Shown: piece after piece, positions 48,533-60,600 of the stretch
Numbering within the stretch: position 1 is the first letter of the stretch
Layout of the letters: each line of letters starts with the position of its first letter
Source: Candidatus Magasanikiibacteriota bacterium
GTDB taxonomy: Bacteria > Patescibacteriota > Patescibacteriia > Magasanikbacterales > GWA2-37-8
NCBI GenBank assembly: GCA_041666745.1
Contig: JBAYGI010000003.1
Coordinates: forward strand, 76,782 to 140,781
Length of the DNA stretch: 64,000 nt
Reading direction: 5' to 3'
The notes under the pieces: model-generated
Databases searched by the model: none
The model's input: only the letters and a program-made list of their open reading frames with translations
Told to the model about the DNA's origin: nothing
Made by a program: the position numbers and the translations under genes

Positions 48533-48898
48533 CTATTTTATCAATCTAATAAAGTGGGGTATGAATATTATCAATCCGATTATCAATGCTCCAAGCGATG
48601 TGATCAAAACAGCGGCTGCCATAGTGTCTTTGATTACTAATACATAATGATGCAAACGCGGTTTTAATAAATCAGTAAAATATTCCAGCGCGGTATTTAA
48701 TAATTCCATCGCCAACACCGCCACCAATAATAAAATAACCAAAATAATTTCCCAAGCTTTTAGAGGAAAAATTGCCGAAGCAATCAAAACTACAATCGCC
48801 ATTAAAATTTGCAAACGAAAATTTTGCTCGTGTTTAAAAGTGTGTTTTAAACCGGCAAAGGCGGACGAAAAACTGTTAAATAAACTTTTGACTGACAT
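48533..48898 (-). CDS. dgkA: Diacylglycerol/undecaprenol kinase (DgkA family)
   Basis: SF..AFAGL...EQNFR, ELLNTALE, KDTMAAAVL. Confidence 0.88.
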   Translation of the reverse strand: MSVKSLFNSFSSAFAGLKHTFKHEQNFRLQILMAIVVLIASAIFPLKAWEIILVILLLVAVLAMELLNTALEYFTDLLKPRLHHYVLVIKDTMAAAVLITSLGALIIGLIIFIPHFIRLIK

Positions 48899-49322
48899 AA
48901 CCCAATTCTTTAATTATCCCCTCTTGAATTTTAAACATTTTTTTTGCCATTACTTTTTTTATATGATCATGACCGGCCAAATGCAATAGTCCGTGAATCA
49001 ACATCCGAGCCAACTCTTCGTTTTCTTTTACTTCATACTCTTTGGCCTGACGCTTGATCTGCGGATAACAAATATAAATTTGTCCAAGCAATTGGGATTT
49101 TATTTTTTTATCCTCTTTCCATGCAAACGACAAGACATCGGTTGGATTTTTTTTACCGCGATAATGAAAATTCAAATCAATCATTTCTTTGTCATCAATC
49201 ATATTTACTTCCACCACTCCATCAACTTTCTTTTCTTTTTTGGACACTAACTTGGTAATTTTTTGTAAATCTTTCTCGGAATACTTATTTTTAATATTGG
49301 AATTGTAGTTAATCTTGATCAT
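48876..49322 (-). CDS. ybeY: rRNA maturation RNase YbeY
   Basis: LN..YRGK..PTDVLSF, LGQIYIC, IHGLLHLAGHDH. Confidence 0.95.
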   Translation of the reverse strand: MIKINYNSNIKNKYSEKDLQKITKLVSKKEKKVDGVVEVNMIDDKEMIDLNFHYRGKKNPTDVLSFAWKEDKKIKSQLLGQIYICYPQIKRQAKEYEVKENEELARMLIHGLLHLAGHDHIKKVMAKKMFKIQEGIIKELGYVSQKFI

Positions 49323-50416
49323 AATGTAGTCGTGGCGCTTTCTTCAACAGTACGAGCCGGCACTTCAGTAGCACTTCCAAATTGGAAACTACGCGCCAAC
49401 ATTTTGATTACCATATGATAATTCACCACATTTGAGTCGGTGGTGTGATAAAGAATCGCAAAAACTTGATTTCCTTTTGGAAAGAAATATACCAAATTAT
49501 CTTTACGGGCAAATCCAGTCTCTTTAAATACTGATTCAAACGGCAGATAATCCGCCAACTGTTCGCCACTGGCATTGCGAGCAAACCAATCGTTGAAGCT
49601 TTCTCCTGCATTCATATCCATAGCTCTAACTTCGATATTCTCACCAGTCAAAGTACTAAACAAAACATCTTTATTGCCAACATCCACAATACCCACCGCC
49701 CAACTTTTTGGATAATATATTTTATACAAAAACACCGGATTGGCATAAACATTTACCAAACCTGAACCCACCAAACTCATCGGTTCTTTGCCAGCCGGAT
49801 TGTATAAATAAAAAACTTCATGACCATCGGTAAATTTGTCATTATCGCTATCCGGTATAGCGGGATCAGTACCAAATAATTCTTCGGCCACATCGGTTAT
49901 ATCATCTTTGTCGGTATCAACACTATCACCCAACAGAAATGAGGGAAAATCTAATTTTACCTCTGTGGAAACAGTTGGAAGAGTAGCGACTGGTTCGGGC
50001 TCAACAGTTGAAGTTGGTGAAATTTCCTGTTCTGCAGGCGGTGTGACGACCGGTTCGGTAACCACCGGCTGAATTGGTTCGGGGGTTACCGTCTTACGAT
50101 ATTGCCACCAATAATAAAAACTGATTATCGCCACGCCAACTATTAAAATCCCTAAACCGGCGACAATTAAAAATTTCCAATTCGTAAACAAATTTATTGG
50201 ATGCAATTTATTACCGGCACCGGTAGACGTCTTTTGATCCAAAAGTTTTTTATCCGCCGATGACAAAACCGACTTGACTGTTTGAGTCTGTTTGATTACC
50301 TTTTCTACATTTTTAAATTTTACAATCGGATTAGTACCGGCATAAAAATCATCCGGCATCTTGGTTATTTTTACATCCGGTAGAGTTTGTTTTTTTTGCT
50401 CTGGCTTACCGAACAT
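49319..50416 (-). CDS. Single-TM protein with DxDxD Ca-binding repeats and PsbP-like C-terminal domain
   Basis: TM, Pro/Thr linker, DTDKDDITD..E..FGTDP..DSDNDK..DG.E, Y.IYYPKSW. Confidence 0.7.
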   Translation of the reverse strand: MFGKPEQKKQTLPDVKITKMPDDFYAGTNPIVKFKNVEKVIKQTQTVKSVLSSADKKLLDQKTSTGAGNKLHPINLFTNWKFLIVAGLGILIVGVAIISFYYWWQYRKTVTPEPIQPVVTEPVVTPPAEQEISPTSTVEPEPVATLPTVSTEVKLDFPSFLLGDSVDTDKDDITDVAEELFGTDPAIPDSDNDKFTDGHEVFYLYNPAGKEPMSLVGSGLVNVYANPVFLYKIYYPKSWAVGIVDVGNKDVLFSTLTGENIEVRAMDMNAGESFNDWFARNASGEQLADYLPFESVFKETGFARKDNLVYFFPKGNQVFAILYHTTDSNVVNYHMVIKMLARSFQFGSATEVPARTVEESATTTL

Positions 50417-50419
50417 AAA

Positions 50420-51223
50420 TTATTTTTTATTTTTTACACTAGTTGTAGTTTTAGGAAGTGTTGTTTTGGTAGACGTACTCACCTTGATCGTAGATGTACT
50501 AACACCGGACGGCATGTTGAAAAGTTTGCCCGGACCCAGTGGGTTGTAGGCATTGCGCACTTCTTGACCATCCGGATAACTATCCCCATCAGTATCAGGG
50601 TTCAATGGATTTGTTTTCCAAATAATCACTTCATCACCATCACTCAGACCGTCTTTGTCGGTATCGGCATTGTATGGATCAGTTCCCAATTCTTTTTCAC
50701 GCACATCATCCAGTCCGTCTTTATCACTATCTACCGACTCACCAAATAAAATTTTATCATTGTTCATTTTGGCGGTAACGTCACTGGAAGTTGGTGCGGT
50801 AGTAGTTGCGATATTTTCTTCAACCGGCACTATTACCGACGGAGTTTCTACAACCGGCTGTTGCTCGGTAGTAGTTGGTACAACCACAGGTGTTACAACT
50901 GGTTTGACTTTAATAAATTTACCATAAGCATACCAACCGCCGAATCCGACCGCCCCCAAAATTATGGCTATAAAGAAAAATAATAAAACTTTTCCAAGGA
51001 CAGGCTGTTTTACCTCATATAGCGAAGGCGCGACCGATGGAGCGGTGGAAATATTTGGCGTGACAGCATCTTTTTTCTTTAACAAACCAGCACCAAGAGC
51101 ATCTGGAGTTTTTTCAACCGGATTTAATTCGGCGCCTTCTTTTTCAACGCCGGCGAACATATCATCAGGCTCAGTAGGCAAATTTGTCGGTGGATTTGTT
51201 TTTGTTACTTGATCATCAAACAT
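50420..51223 (-). CDS. Single-TM protein with thrombospondin-3-like DxDxDG repeats
   Basis: DSDKDGLDD, DTDKDGLSDGDE, DTDGDSYPDGQE, YNPLGPG. Confidence 0.75.
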   Translation of the reverse strand: MFDDQVTKTNPPTNLPTEPDDMFAGVEKEGAELNPVEKTPDALGAGLLKKKDAVTPNISTAPSVAPSLYEVKQPVLGKVLLFFFIAIILGAVGFGGWYAYGKFIKVKPVVTPVVVPTTTEQQPVVETPSVIVPVEENIATTTAPTSSDVTAKMNNDKILFGESVDSDKDGLDDVREKELGTDPYNADTDKDGLSDGDEVIIWKTNPLNPDTDGDSYPDGQEVRNAYNPLGPGKLFNMPSGVSTSTIKVSTSTKTTLPKTTTSVKNKK

Positions 51224-51245
51224 ATATTTATTTTAAAAAATTATT

Positions 51246-51671
51246 TTATTTTTTTAATTTTCCCGAACCGGTTGGACTATATCCGCGCTCTACTTCATAT
51301 CCATCTTTATACCCATCACCATCGGTATCTGCTTTGAGTGGGTCGGTGTGATAAAATTTCACCTCGTCACTATCCATGAGCCCGTCGCCATCGGTATCTG
51401 AATTATTCGGATTGGTGCCAAGTTTTTTTTCTTCTTCATCTGACAATCCGTCTAAATCTTTGTCCGTCTGTCTGGCTTTATCTAGAGAAACATCCAACGA
51501 TTTCATGATTTCTACGTCCTTTTTGGCTTCATCCAACTTTACAGCCGCCTGTTCAGTTGGAGTAGTGGTATTTTTTTGCGGTAAATTGATTTTTTTTCTA
51601 AATATCAAAAATACAACTCCCACTAAAACCACTACCACTACTATAATTATAATATATTTTTTATTATTCAT
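51246..51671 (-). CDS. Small membrane-anchored protein with DxDxDG repeats
   Basis: DKDLDGLSD, DTDGDGLMDSDE, DTDGDGYKDGYE. Confidence 0.75.
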   Translation of the reverse strand: MNNKKYIIIIVVVVVLVGVVFLIFRKKINLPQKNTTTPTEQAAVKLDEAKKDVEIMKSLDVSLDKARQTDKDLDGLSDEEEKKLGTNPNNSDTDGDGLMDSDEVKFYHTDPLKADTDGDGYKDGYEVERGYSPTGSGKLKK

Positions 51672-51676
51672 AAAGT

Positions 51677-54600
51677 CTATGGCGCGTAATTCATTTTAAT
51701 AAAACTACGGATCATATTTATTTCTCCGATTCTATTTGGTATTTTAGCAACAACACTATCTGGCGCTTTTTTAATATTGAACACATGCCAAAACTGCGCC
51801 GCATCATTATCTGAAGGTATAGCTTGATTTAAATAATAAGTTTTCGCAGGACGAGCAAAATGTCTAAGATTATCATCGCTCTCCGGCACATATACTTCCA
51901 CTTTTAATTTTGCCGAATTTTTGAGATTTTTCATCGTGTCTGCTGTTTTTATATAAAAAGCATAAGATGAGGTAACCATTTTTGAAGTGTCGATAGTGAA
52001 GGATTTTACATTAGAGGTGTTGGTATTTTTAAAACCGTGGTACCAAATACTAGCCAACGGATTGATATTTGGGGCTGTATAATAATTGATCCCGGTAGAA
52101 ATATTGATAGCAGGTGAATTATCTTCCAACGAAGTGATGATACCAGTTTGCGAATTAACACCACCTGGCACAAGAAAACCAGTATTAAATCCAACATCTC
52201 CAACCCAGCTAACCACTACACGCACATCCTGTGGCCTAGTATCGTCGAAAATTACCGGCGACAACAGCAGATTATATTTATCCGGAGTAGTAGTGCCAAA
52301 AACCGGAAAATCTATCATATGCTCGGTGGCAAAATCGGAATTAATTGCTAGGCGGTAAATTTTACTTTGAGACTTATCAGAACAAACCGGATCACTATTT
52401 ATACTAGCAACCACAGACTGATCACCTAGATAAGGGTGTAGTTTATAATCAAAAATGTTGTCATTTAACTTATACGAGAAAAACGCTACGCCCGTTGTAT
52501 CTCCAATAGAAGACAACGACTGTGTAGTGCTGACATACAGCAATCCAACGTCACCATCCTCACTATTGTTAGATAAAAGCGGATTGTTTGATAATGGTTC
52601 CAACACATTTATTAACGCGCCAGATATTGGTGATCCGCCGGTTTTTAAACCACACTCAACACATTTATTGCTGATACTACTACAATTATTAATACAAGTT
52701 TTGATGCCGATCTGAGTTGTGAGATTGGTCCAAGTTTTGTCCTTATAAAATTGTAAGCTACCAGAATTCAAATGCAAATTGTATTCTTGATCACAAGGTA
52801 AAACTATATAACCATTTTGATCTGGATGTTTTTCTAAAACTAATTTATTCCACCAATCATTTGTAATATATGTACTAGTTACGCTGGAATACAAAGAATT
52901 GCCACTCACCTCACATTTTTCTGTACCATTTATCACTCCATCGCCACAATATCCTGAAGCATCAACGGAAATATTATTTTTACAATCCCAAGAACAATAA
53001 ACGCACGGCTTATTATATCCTGATGTACAAGCCACACCATTTTTATTTCCATTATCACAAGCTTCACCGGTTTCTATTTTGCCATTTCCACAACCTGTCT
53101 CAGTTGTTGGTTTTACTTCTTCGGCTGTAGCTATTTTTGCCTGACAAAAATTTTCACCATTGTTATACAAATCTGTGATTTCACCAGCGGTTAAAGTGCG
53201 ACCAAACAGATGCATTTCATCCATACTACCTTTGAACCAATTGTCAGCCCGCCCAATCCAAATTGGATAATTATTGTCCGCTTTTAATTTTGTACTACCA
53301 TTGACAACTCCCGTTCCTTTATATTGCCCATCTACATAATATTTAACTTGACGTTGCGCGTCAACCGTAACCGCAACAAAATACCACACACCGACTGACA
53401 AATCTACCGGAACAGAACTAATACCAAAAATATTGTCAGTTTTGGATCCTGGTGGCGGTCCAGAATAAAAATGTAAAAGATTTATTTTATTTCCACTTTT
53501 AACAATGTAAAAATTATAATCACGATTGTTACTAATAGCTTTACCCTCTTGTTTGCTTATAACCGCATGATATCCGTCACTACTATCCCCATCCACATTT
53601 ATCCAAGTAGCGAAAGTTAGTTCGTTTACATCAAAACTTGCACTATGATCAATAGTAAAATAATTTGATATGCCGTTGAAATGCATCGCTTGGTTTTTAT
53701 CTCCATTAAATGACGAGATTGGGGTCGGGCAACCGGTGTTGGCAACACCAGAGCAATAAGCTGAATTTAATAAGGATATACCTGATTTGGCCTGCCCTTT
53801 ATTTAAAATATAACTTAAACCACCAATGTTGCCTGTCTCGTATTTCGGCCACCCAGCATGATATGTAATTACATCATCAAAATTAAAATATAATATTGGG
53901 GAGGTGGTAACCGAATTGTATACCCAACGACAACCAGAACCACACACTCTATTGCATGTCACACCGCTAATCGTATCAACTTTGTTTCCATCACATTCTT
54001 CACCAAAATCTTTTTGTACAATAGCATCACCACAATATGGACCGTGTGCTTGACAATCTAAATTACAAGATGTAGTTGGTGTTAAACCATAACGACTGTT
54101 GTTGAATGAAACTTGAATACATTTTCCTACAATTCCAACCAACGCGTTATCTTTGAAACTACCCCAAAGATTTTGTTGTATTTTGCAATCGTCATCAACA
54201 TTACATGGCTTTGCTCCTACAACACCACTGGCACACCAACCAAGATCCTTATCTTTTCCGGCTTTGTAAAAATCAAAATTCGTATCACAAACTTCATTGC
54301 CTTTTGTATCAACATCTCCATTTCCGCAGCTAGAAGACAAACCACTACAAGTTGGATTACAATGATTATATTTTCCATTCAACGCACCCTCATCACAAGT
54401 TTCCCCCACTTCAACTTTGCCATTTCCACATTTGGATAATATGCCACATTTTGTAGTCGTTGCATTTTTTGACCATTTACAATCACTGGAACAAATATCT
54501 CCCTTCAAATCATCTGCAAAACTTCCCCCAACACAATCAGCCTGATTCCACACCACACTACCTTTTGGATCACATTCTTCTCCTTTGTTTAAATTTACTT

Positions 54601-57600
54601 TTCCATCACCGCATGTTCCTTGATTCATCGTGGAAATTTCATTATTTTGGTTACAAATACCATTGCCACTGGTATCCAAAATATTAAAGTAAGCAGGTTT
54701 GGTGATCAAATCTTTCACTAGATTTCCCAGATTGTCTATCACCAATCCCGAATCTTCCATGCGTAATTTTACTAAATAACCCGGAGTTTTTGGATCAGTA
54801 GAAGTGGCAAAATAACGATAGGCTAAAGAATTGTTGGCACACGCAAAACTAAATCGCTTGTCAGCGGTGCTCCAACCGGTATCCGGAGCGTGCAATACAC
54901 AAGTCTCAGTCTGTGAGCCGGTTTTTGTTTGACAAGTTTTATCATCGATACAGAAAATTCCGGTGGAAGACGCGCAAGTACCAGCAACACCGAGTTTGTT
55001 TATCGGATCAGCTGGTATTGCCGTACCAGTCAGTGTTGACCAAGATGGCCAGGTACTAACGGTTTGTCCGGATAAATATGATCCCACTTTGAGATCCGGA
55101 TATGTATTGCCGTGCCCACTACTATAATCAAGCAAATCTTTTTCGATAGTGCTCATATCCTGAATACGCGAGAAGTTTCTTTTTATTTTATCTTTTTGTA
55201 CCGAACACACTTCACCGTTTGCGCAATCAAAATCTGAAATACACACAGTAGTATCCCCCGGATTTTTCATATCTTTGCCACAATATCCGTAGTTGGTCAA
55301 ATTGATATTAAATTTCAAATTCTTTATCAAATTTTCAAATACTTTTCTAGTTTCAGGGGCGGCATTTTCATTGATACTAAACAAATAAATATTGGTTTCC
55401 AAATTACCGTGACCAATAAGACCGGTTGAATCAAAATTTAAAGCATTTACATAAATATTACTACCGTCGGATATGGCCGGATATCCATCGATAGGTGGAA
55501 GGTTCTGCACTGTCGGAGCAAAACCTTTGGCCTTGGTAAACCAATCACTAGGTGACAAATGTGCCTTGTTGGATAAAACTTGAATACCAATCGCATCATT
55601 ATTTTTATTATTAGTGAAAATAAAGCGTTTGAAAACTTCGCTATCTTGGAAAAAACTGACAGCGCTCTTTGTGCATGTCTGTTTGGTTTGGCTACCATTT
55701 GTTCCCAGACAAGAGGCACTATCATGACTATTTTTCCAAGCCAGATAATCAGCTGAACCGGAATCAGGACAACTCCAACCACTGCAATACATTGGATTTT
55801 TATTACTATCTACATAAAAAACATTATCCAGTTTATCTGAATCATAATACGCGCAGGTAACAGCGTAATAACTAGACGAGAAAAAGCTTTTTCCATCGCC
55901 TGAAGAAAACTTATAAAAATCTTTACAATCAGTATCAGAATTACAGTGGAGACCGTCAAGATCGCACACTCCGGATTTTGTGGCTACTGTATCCCCTGTC
56001 TGAACAACCGGTCGCAAGTATGGCAGATCATCTGTATAACCATGATCACCATTATCCGCGCAATAATAAGTACTAAAATTGAAGTAGCCTTTACCAACAT
56101 TGGCGGCTGGTATTTCTGTGCTATCAAAAATATTTTTATCTAAATCAAAACCATCGTTATTTCCCACTTTATCTTCATATGGGAAAATAATAGTTGGTTT
56201 GGTTTGACCTTGAACAATCGCCTGTTTTGGTGGCCAAGGATTTTCGCATAAAAATACAATGATATGAGATTTTCCCGTACCAACCAATCCGGTTTGTGGA
56301 GTATATGTATTTTCGGTTAGATTGGCGGCGGCATGCACATCCACTTCACCATTGTTATTTTGTGAAGTAATAATATTAACGGAAGAAGTAGCGCCGGAAA
56401 TTAATACATAAGGATTATTTTTTGGACCCCACTGGTATTCCCAACTATATCCTGATACCGGTTGAATCAACTGAAGGTTTTCAGTAACACCTTTGGCGAC
56501 CAAACTGGCATCGGCATTTGGAACAGAAAAATAATATTGATCCGGATCAATCGACACGTCAGAAATAGCACAAATTGTTTTTCCGGTTTTAAACCTCCAA
56601 CCAACCGCCTTACCGTCCGATTTGCTTTCAATACTTACCCCTTGAATATTTTTTATTCCTTTTTTCAAAATCACCACGTATTCGGTCGAAGGAGCTAAGG
56701 GATTATTTAGACTAAACAAAACTTGTGAGCCACCAGTATCATCTCTTACTACCTCTACTCCACCAATATCCGCGCCGGCACACCAAGTGTTGGCAGTAAC
56801 TTTGTTGCCAAAAATACTTTTAATGGTAATGATTATTTTATTCCAAATGTTTTGATACCATGGCAACAAAGAATCAGACGAAGCTAAAAATGAAGTAGTC
56901 TCATGGACATCTTCTAGACCGCCAGAACATGGGGAAGCCGCACTGCGAGCGATGACAAAATTACCCGGTAAAGTGGCCGGATCAATAATACTATCAAAGC
57001 TAGCTGAAATAAAAGTATTGATACAAACATTTGTGGCAAATTTACCTGGATCAGTACTGGTATTACCCGGATACACATCAATTAATTTTGATTTGAAATA
57101 ACAACAAGAATTCAGCCCTACTCCGACATTTTTATCGCCTTTGTAGGCTTCTTGACATTGCTCATCGGTTTTATAACCACACAAAACTTGGTATTTACCA
57201 ATTCCACTGACATTTTTATCAGTTATCGCGCCTTTAATATCACTTACTTGAGCGGATAATGTAGAACTCACAATATTTCCCACCGATCCAGCTTGACCAA
57301 TGGCCAACACCCAAGGATCAACCAAATCTTTGTGCCAAATATTAGTCAAATATTTATCTGTTTCGCAAATCTCATCCTCACCAACACCGACGACACCGTC
57401 ACCACAAACTGATGGTTTACTATACATCAAAGACGATCCGACATGTTGCGCATTTTCATCACAACCTTCTTTGTTGGCAGAACAGGTTGTGTCCGGATTG
57501 GTTAAATTTTGGTCAAAATTACTTTTGTTCGCTACCAAACATCGATCATTACACCAATCACTGTGCTTGCCATTGGGGATACCGTTTGTTGTTTCACAAC

Positions 57601-60600
57601 CCACATCTTCGTCTGGACTGGTGACCCCATCACCACATTGACTGTATGATTGACTGCAGAAAAAATTGTAATCTTTTTGTTCAAAACCTCCAAAAGCCGG
57701 AGCTATTTTGGCGTCATTGGCAAAACACCATTGCGAAGACAATCTAGTTCCCAAATGCAAACATTGAGCCGAACAAAGTATCGATGAAGTGGAAACATTT
57801 TGATCCGCTGACACTCCAACATCACAATCTTCACCACTACCAATCATACCATTGCCACAAATCGAAGCACTGACCTCTTTGGCAGCGGTTTGCATTTTTG
57901 AACCAGTGTGCAAACAAAAAGTATTGCAACCTTCTTTGCTTTTTGGATCATTGATATCACAGGCTTCACCTTTTTCTTGTGTAACAAAACCATCACCACA
58001 CAATCCCACATCAACTTTACTAATCGTAGTGGTGGCATTTGGATTGCCAATAAATCTACAATTCAAACCACAGCCTTTTAGTTTCAAAGGTGGATCACAA
58101 TCTTCGCCGGCTTCTACTTTTCCATTCCCACAAACCGGATATGCCGCGCTTCCCTGTCCGGATGGAACAGTACTGCCTTTCAAAATACAGTTGGCAGTAC
58201 AAAATGCTGACGATCCTTTTGTTTTAAATGATTGTACTGTAGCCACACCGACATCTGAAGATGACCAACTCCAATTTTGATTCCAAGGGTTTAATTTTTG
58301 TCCGGTCACACTACAAGCATCCGGAGCGGCAAAAGGCTGAGCTTGAAATATAGCCAAATCTTTTAATTTTTTGGCGGTAAATACCTTTGGCAAAATCGAA
58401 ACATGATCAACTTTACAAGCTTCTTTTTTTGTTCTAAATCTCCAGGTAAATATTTTATTGTATGGTTTGGAAAAACTTTCCGGATCATTCGAAAAAGCTA
58501 CAGACCACAGTTGAGCGCCATTATCCACTCCGGAAGCGCTGACCGATGACAACATTACTTGATACAGAGTGTTTGGTTTCAAACTTTCAGAACCTTTGTC
58601 GTTGGCGATTTTTAAAATTGTATGACCGGATGCTTCATCAAAAGAACTATCCAAAGCAACCGGCTCACTGGTACTAAAACAATTTTCATCATTACACTGA
58701 ACTAATTTTATTGCCGGAGAATCTTTGGTAACATTGTGGTTGGACATTGTAATATTAAATTTGGCGCCAACGGATGCATTGGTACAGGCTTCCAAACAAT
58801 TTGGCCAATAATCCACTACTTCCGGATTGGATAAATCAATGGTTAATGGGCTACTGCCGGTTTTACTAACAAAAATTTTATCAACAGAAGAAGTGGAGGC
58901 GGTCGCTTTTACATCGACGCTATCATTGGCCACACCTACACCTACAGTATTGCCCAAAGTATTTACTTGAGTGTTTATTTTATCACCTGCTCCATCGATG
59001 GTCGCGTAAATTTTTCCGGCATTTTTATTATCCACAACCCATTTCCAATCAAAACCGGATACATCCATCATGGTGCAATATTGAGTACTTAGACCATTGC
59101 CTTTATAAAAAATATCAAACACATCTCCACCGGTTGAGTGGTAACGCATTGGAGATTCAAGAATTTTTGCCCAAAATTCATTTGGAGTAACGACTACTTT
59201 TTTCAAAGCACAATCACCAATTCCGGTTTTAAAAGAAAAACAATAGGCTGTTCCAACACCACATGGATTGGAGGCTACCAACTTTACCGATTGTCCTTTT
59301 TTATCCGGTACTGAAGAAATACTATCCTTCAAAACAACTTGAAAAAGTGTGCTTGACGCCCATTTTCCATCCTGAGATTTTATTAACAAATAAGGACGCG
59401 CATTTTGAGACGCGTCAACAGCCGCAGAATTTAATTTATAACTATCATCGGTTAACAAAATATTTTTTGCCTTCTGACACACACCGTCGACATCGATACT
59501 TTCACAGGCATTAATAGTAACTGAATTATTGTTGACAGTGGCTGGGTTTAAATCCGCGCTAAATTCAACTGTCACCAATGCAGTTTGACAAACTTTGCTG
59601 GCATCATTACTACCACCTTCATTCCACTTGGTTGAAGGAGATGGTGAAGGTAAATTTTTGCCCAATTCAGTGTTGTGATCACAACGCTCTATTACTTGTG
59701 GTGGTGGAACAATTTCCTTGGTAGAAAACATCCAAACAAAACCGCTGGATTTAAACTCTCCTTTACATAACTCCCCTTTTGGTTTGCACATGCCGGCTTC
59801 ATCGCCTGTTTTACAGCATTTATCACTATTGGAAACACAGTCATTTTTGGTACAATCACTGGTAGAAAATAATAAACCATTACTTTGTTTTTTGTCTGAT
59901 CCACGATAAGCAAATACCAAACCGGAGGTAATATTTTTATCATTTGGCACCGATGAAAAGGATTGCGCGCTAACATTTGTAACACTGTTGCCGATGAGAG
60001 TGTTGAGAATATCATTGGATGCACCGCCGGTTTTCCAAAAATAAAATTTGGTGACTTTGTCCAAATATTCACCGGATACTGTGACTGTGTTTGGAAAAAC
60101 AAACGGCACCGCTCCGGATACCGGAGAAATTTTACAAATTCCCGGACTTGGATCACCGGTATTTATCATGACAAATTTATTATCATCCAAAACACTGCCC
60201 AATTCACTGACTGAATTGTAAACTTGAATGGTATATCTTTTGCTGTTTGTATCTAATCCCGGTGGAACTTTCACCACTATTTGATTATCTTTCCAAAATG
60301 AATTTTTACAAGCAACTGGAAAATTGAATACACCGTCAGGGGCGGCCGCGCCATTGAGTTTGAACCAGACACTGCCGATTTGATTACCGAAATTTTTGCC
60401 GGTAATGGTGAGATAATCACCGATAGTAGTAATAGCCGGAGCAGAAATTTCAGAAATTAATGGAGCGTCTTGGTTTGATCCGGAAATAGTGAACAGAACC
60501 GAATTGCTAGTTTGATTATTGCTGTTGGTCACCTTCACCCCATAATTGCCATTGCCCAAAGAAGTTGGCGCTACAGATAATATAGTATCATCAGCCCAAC

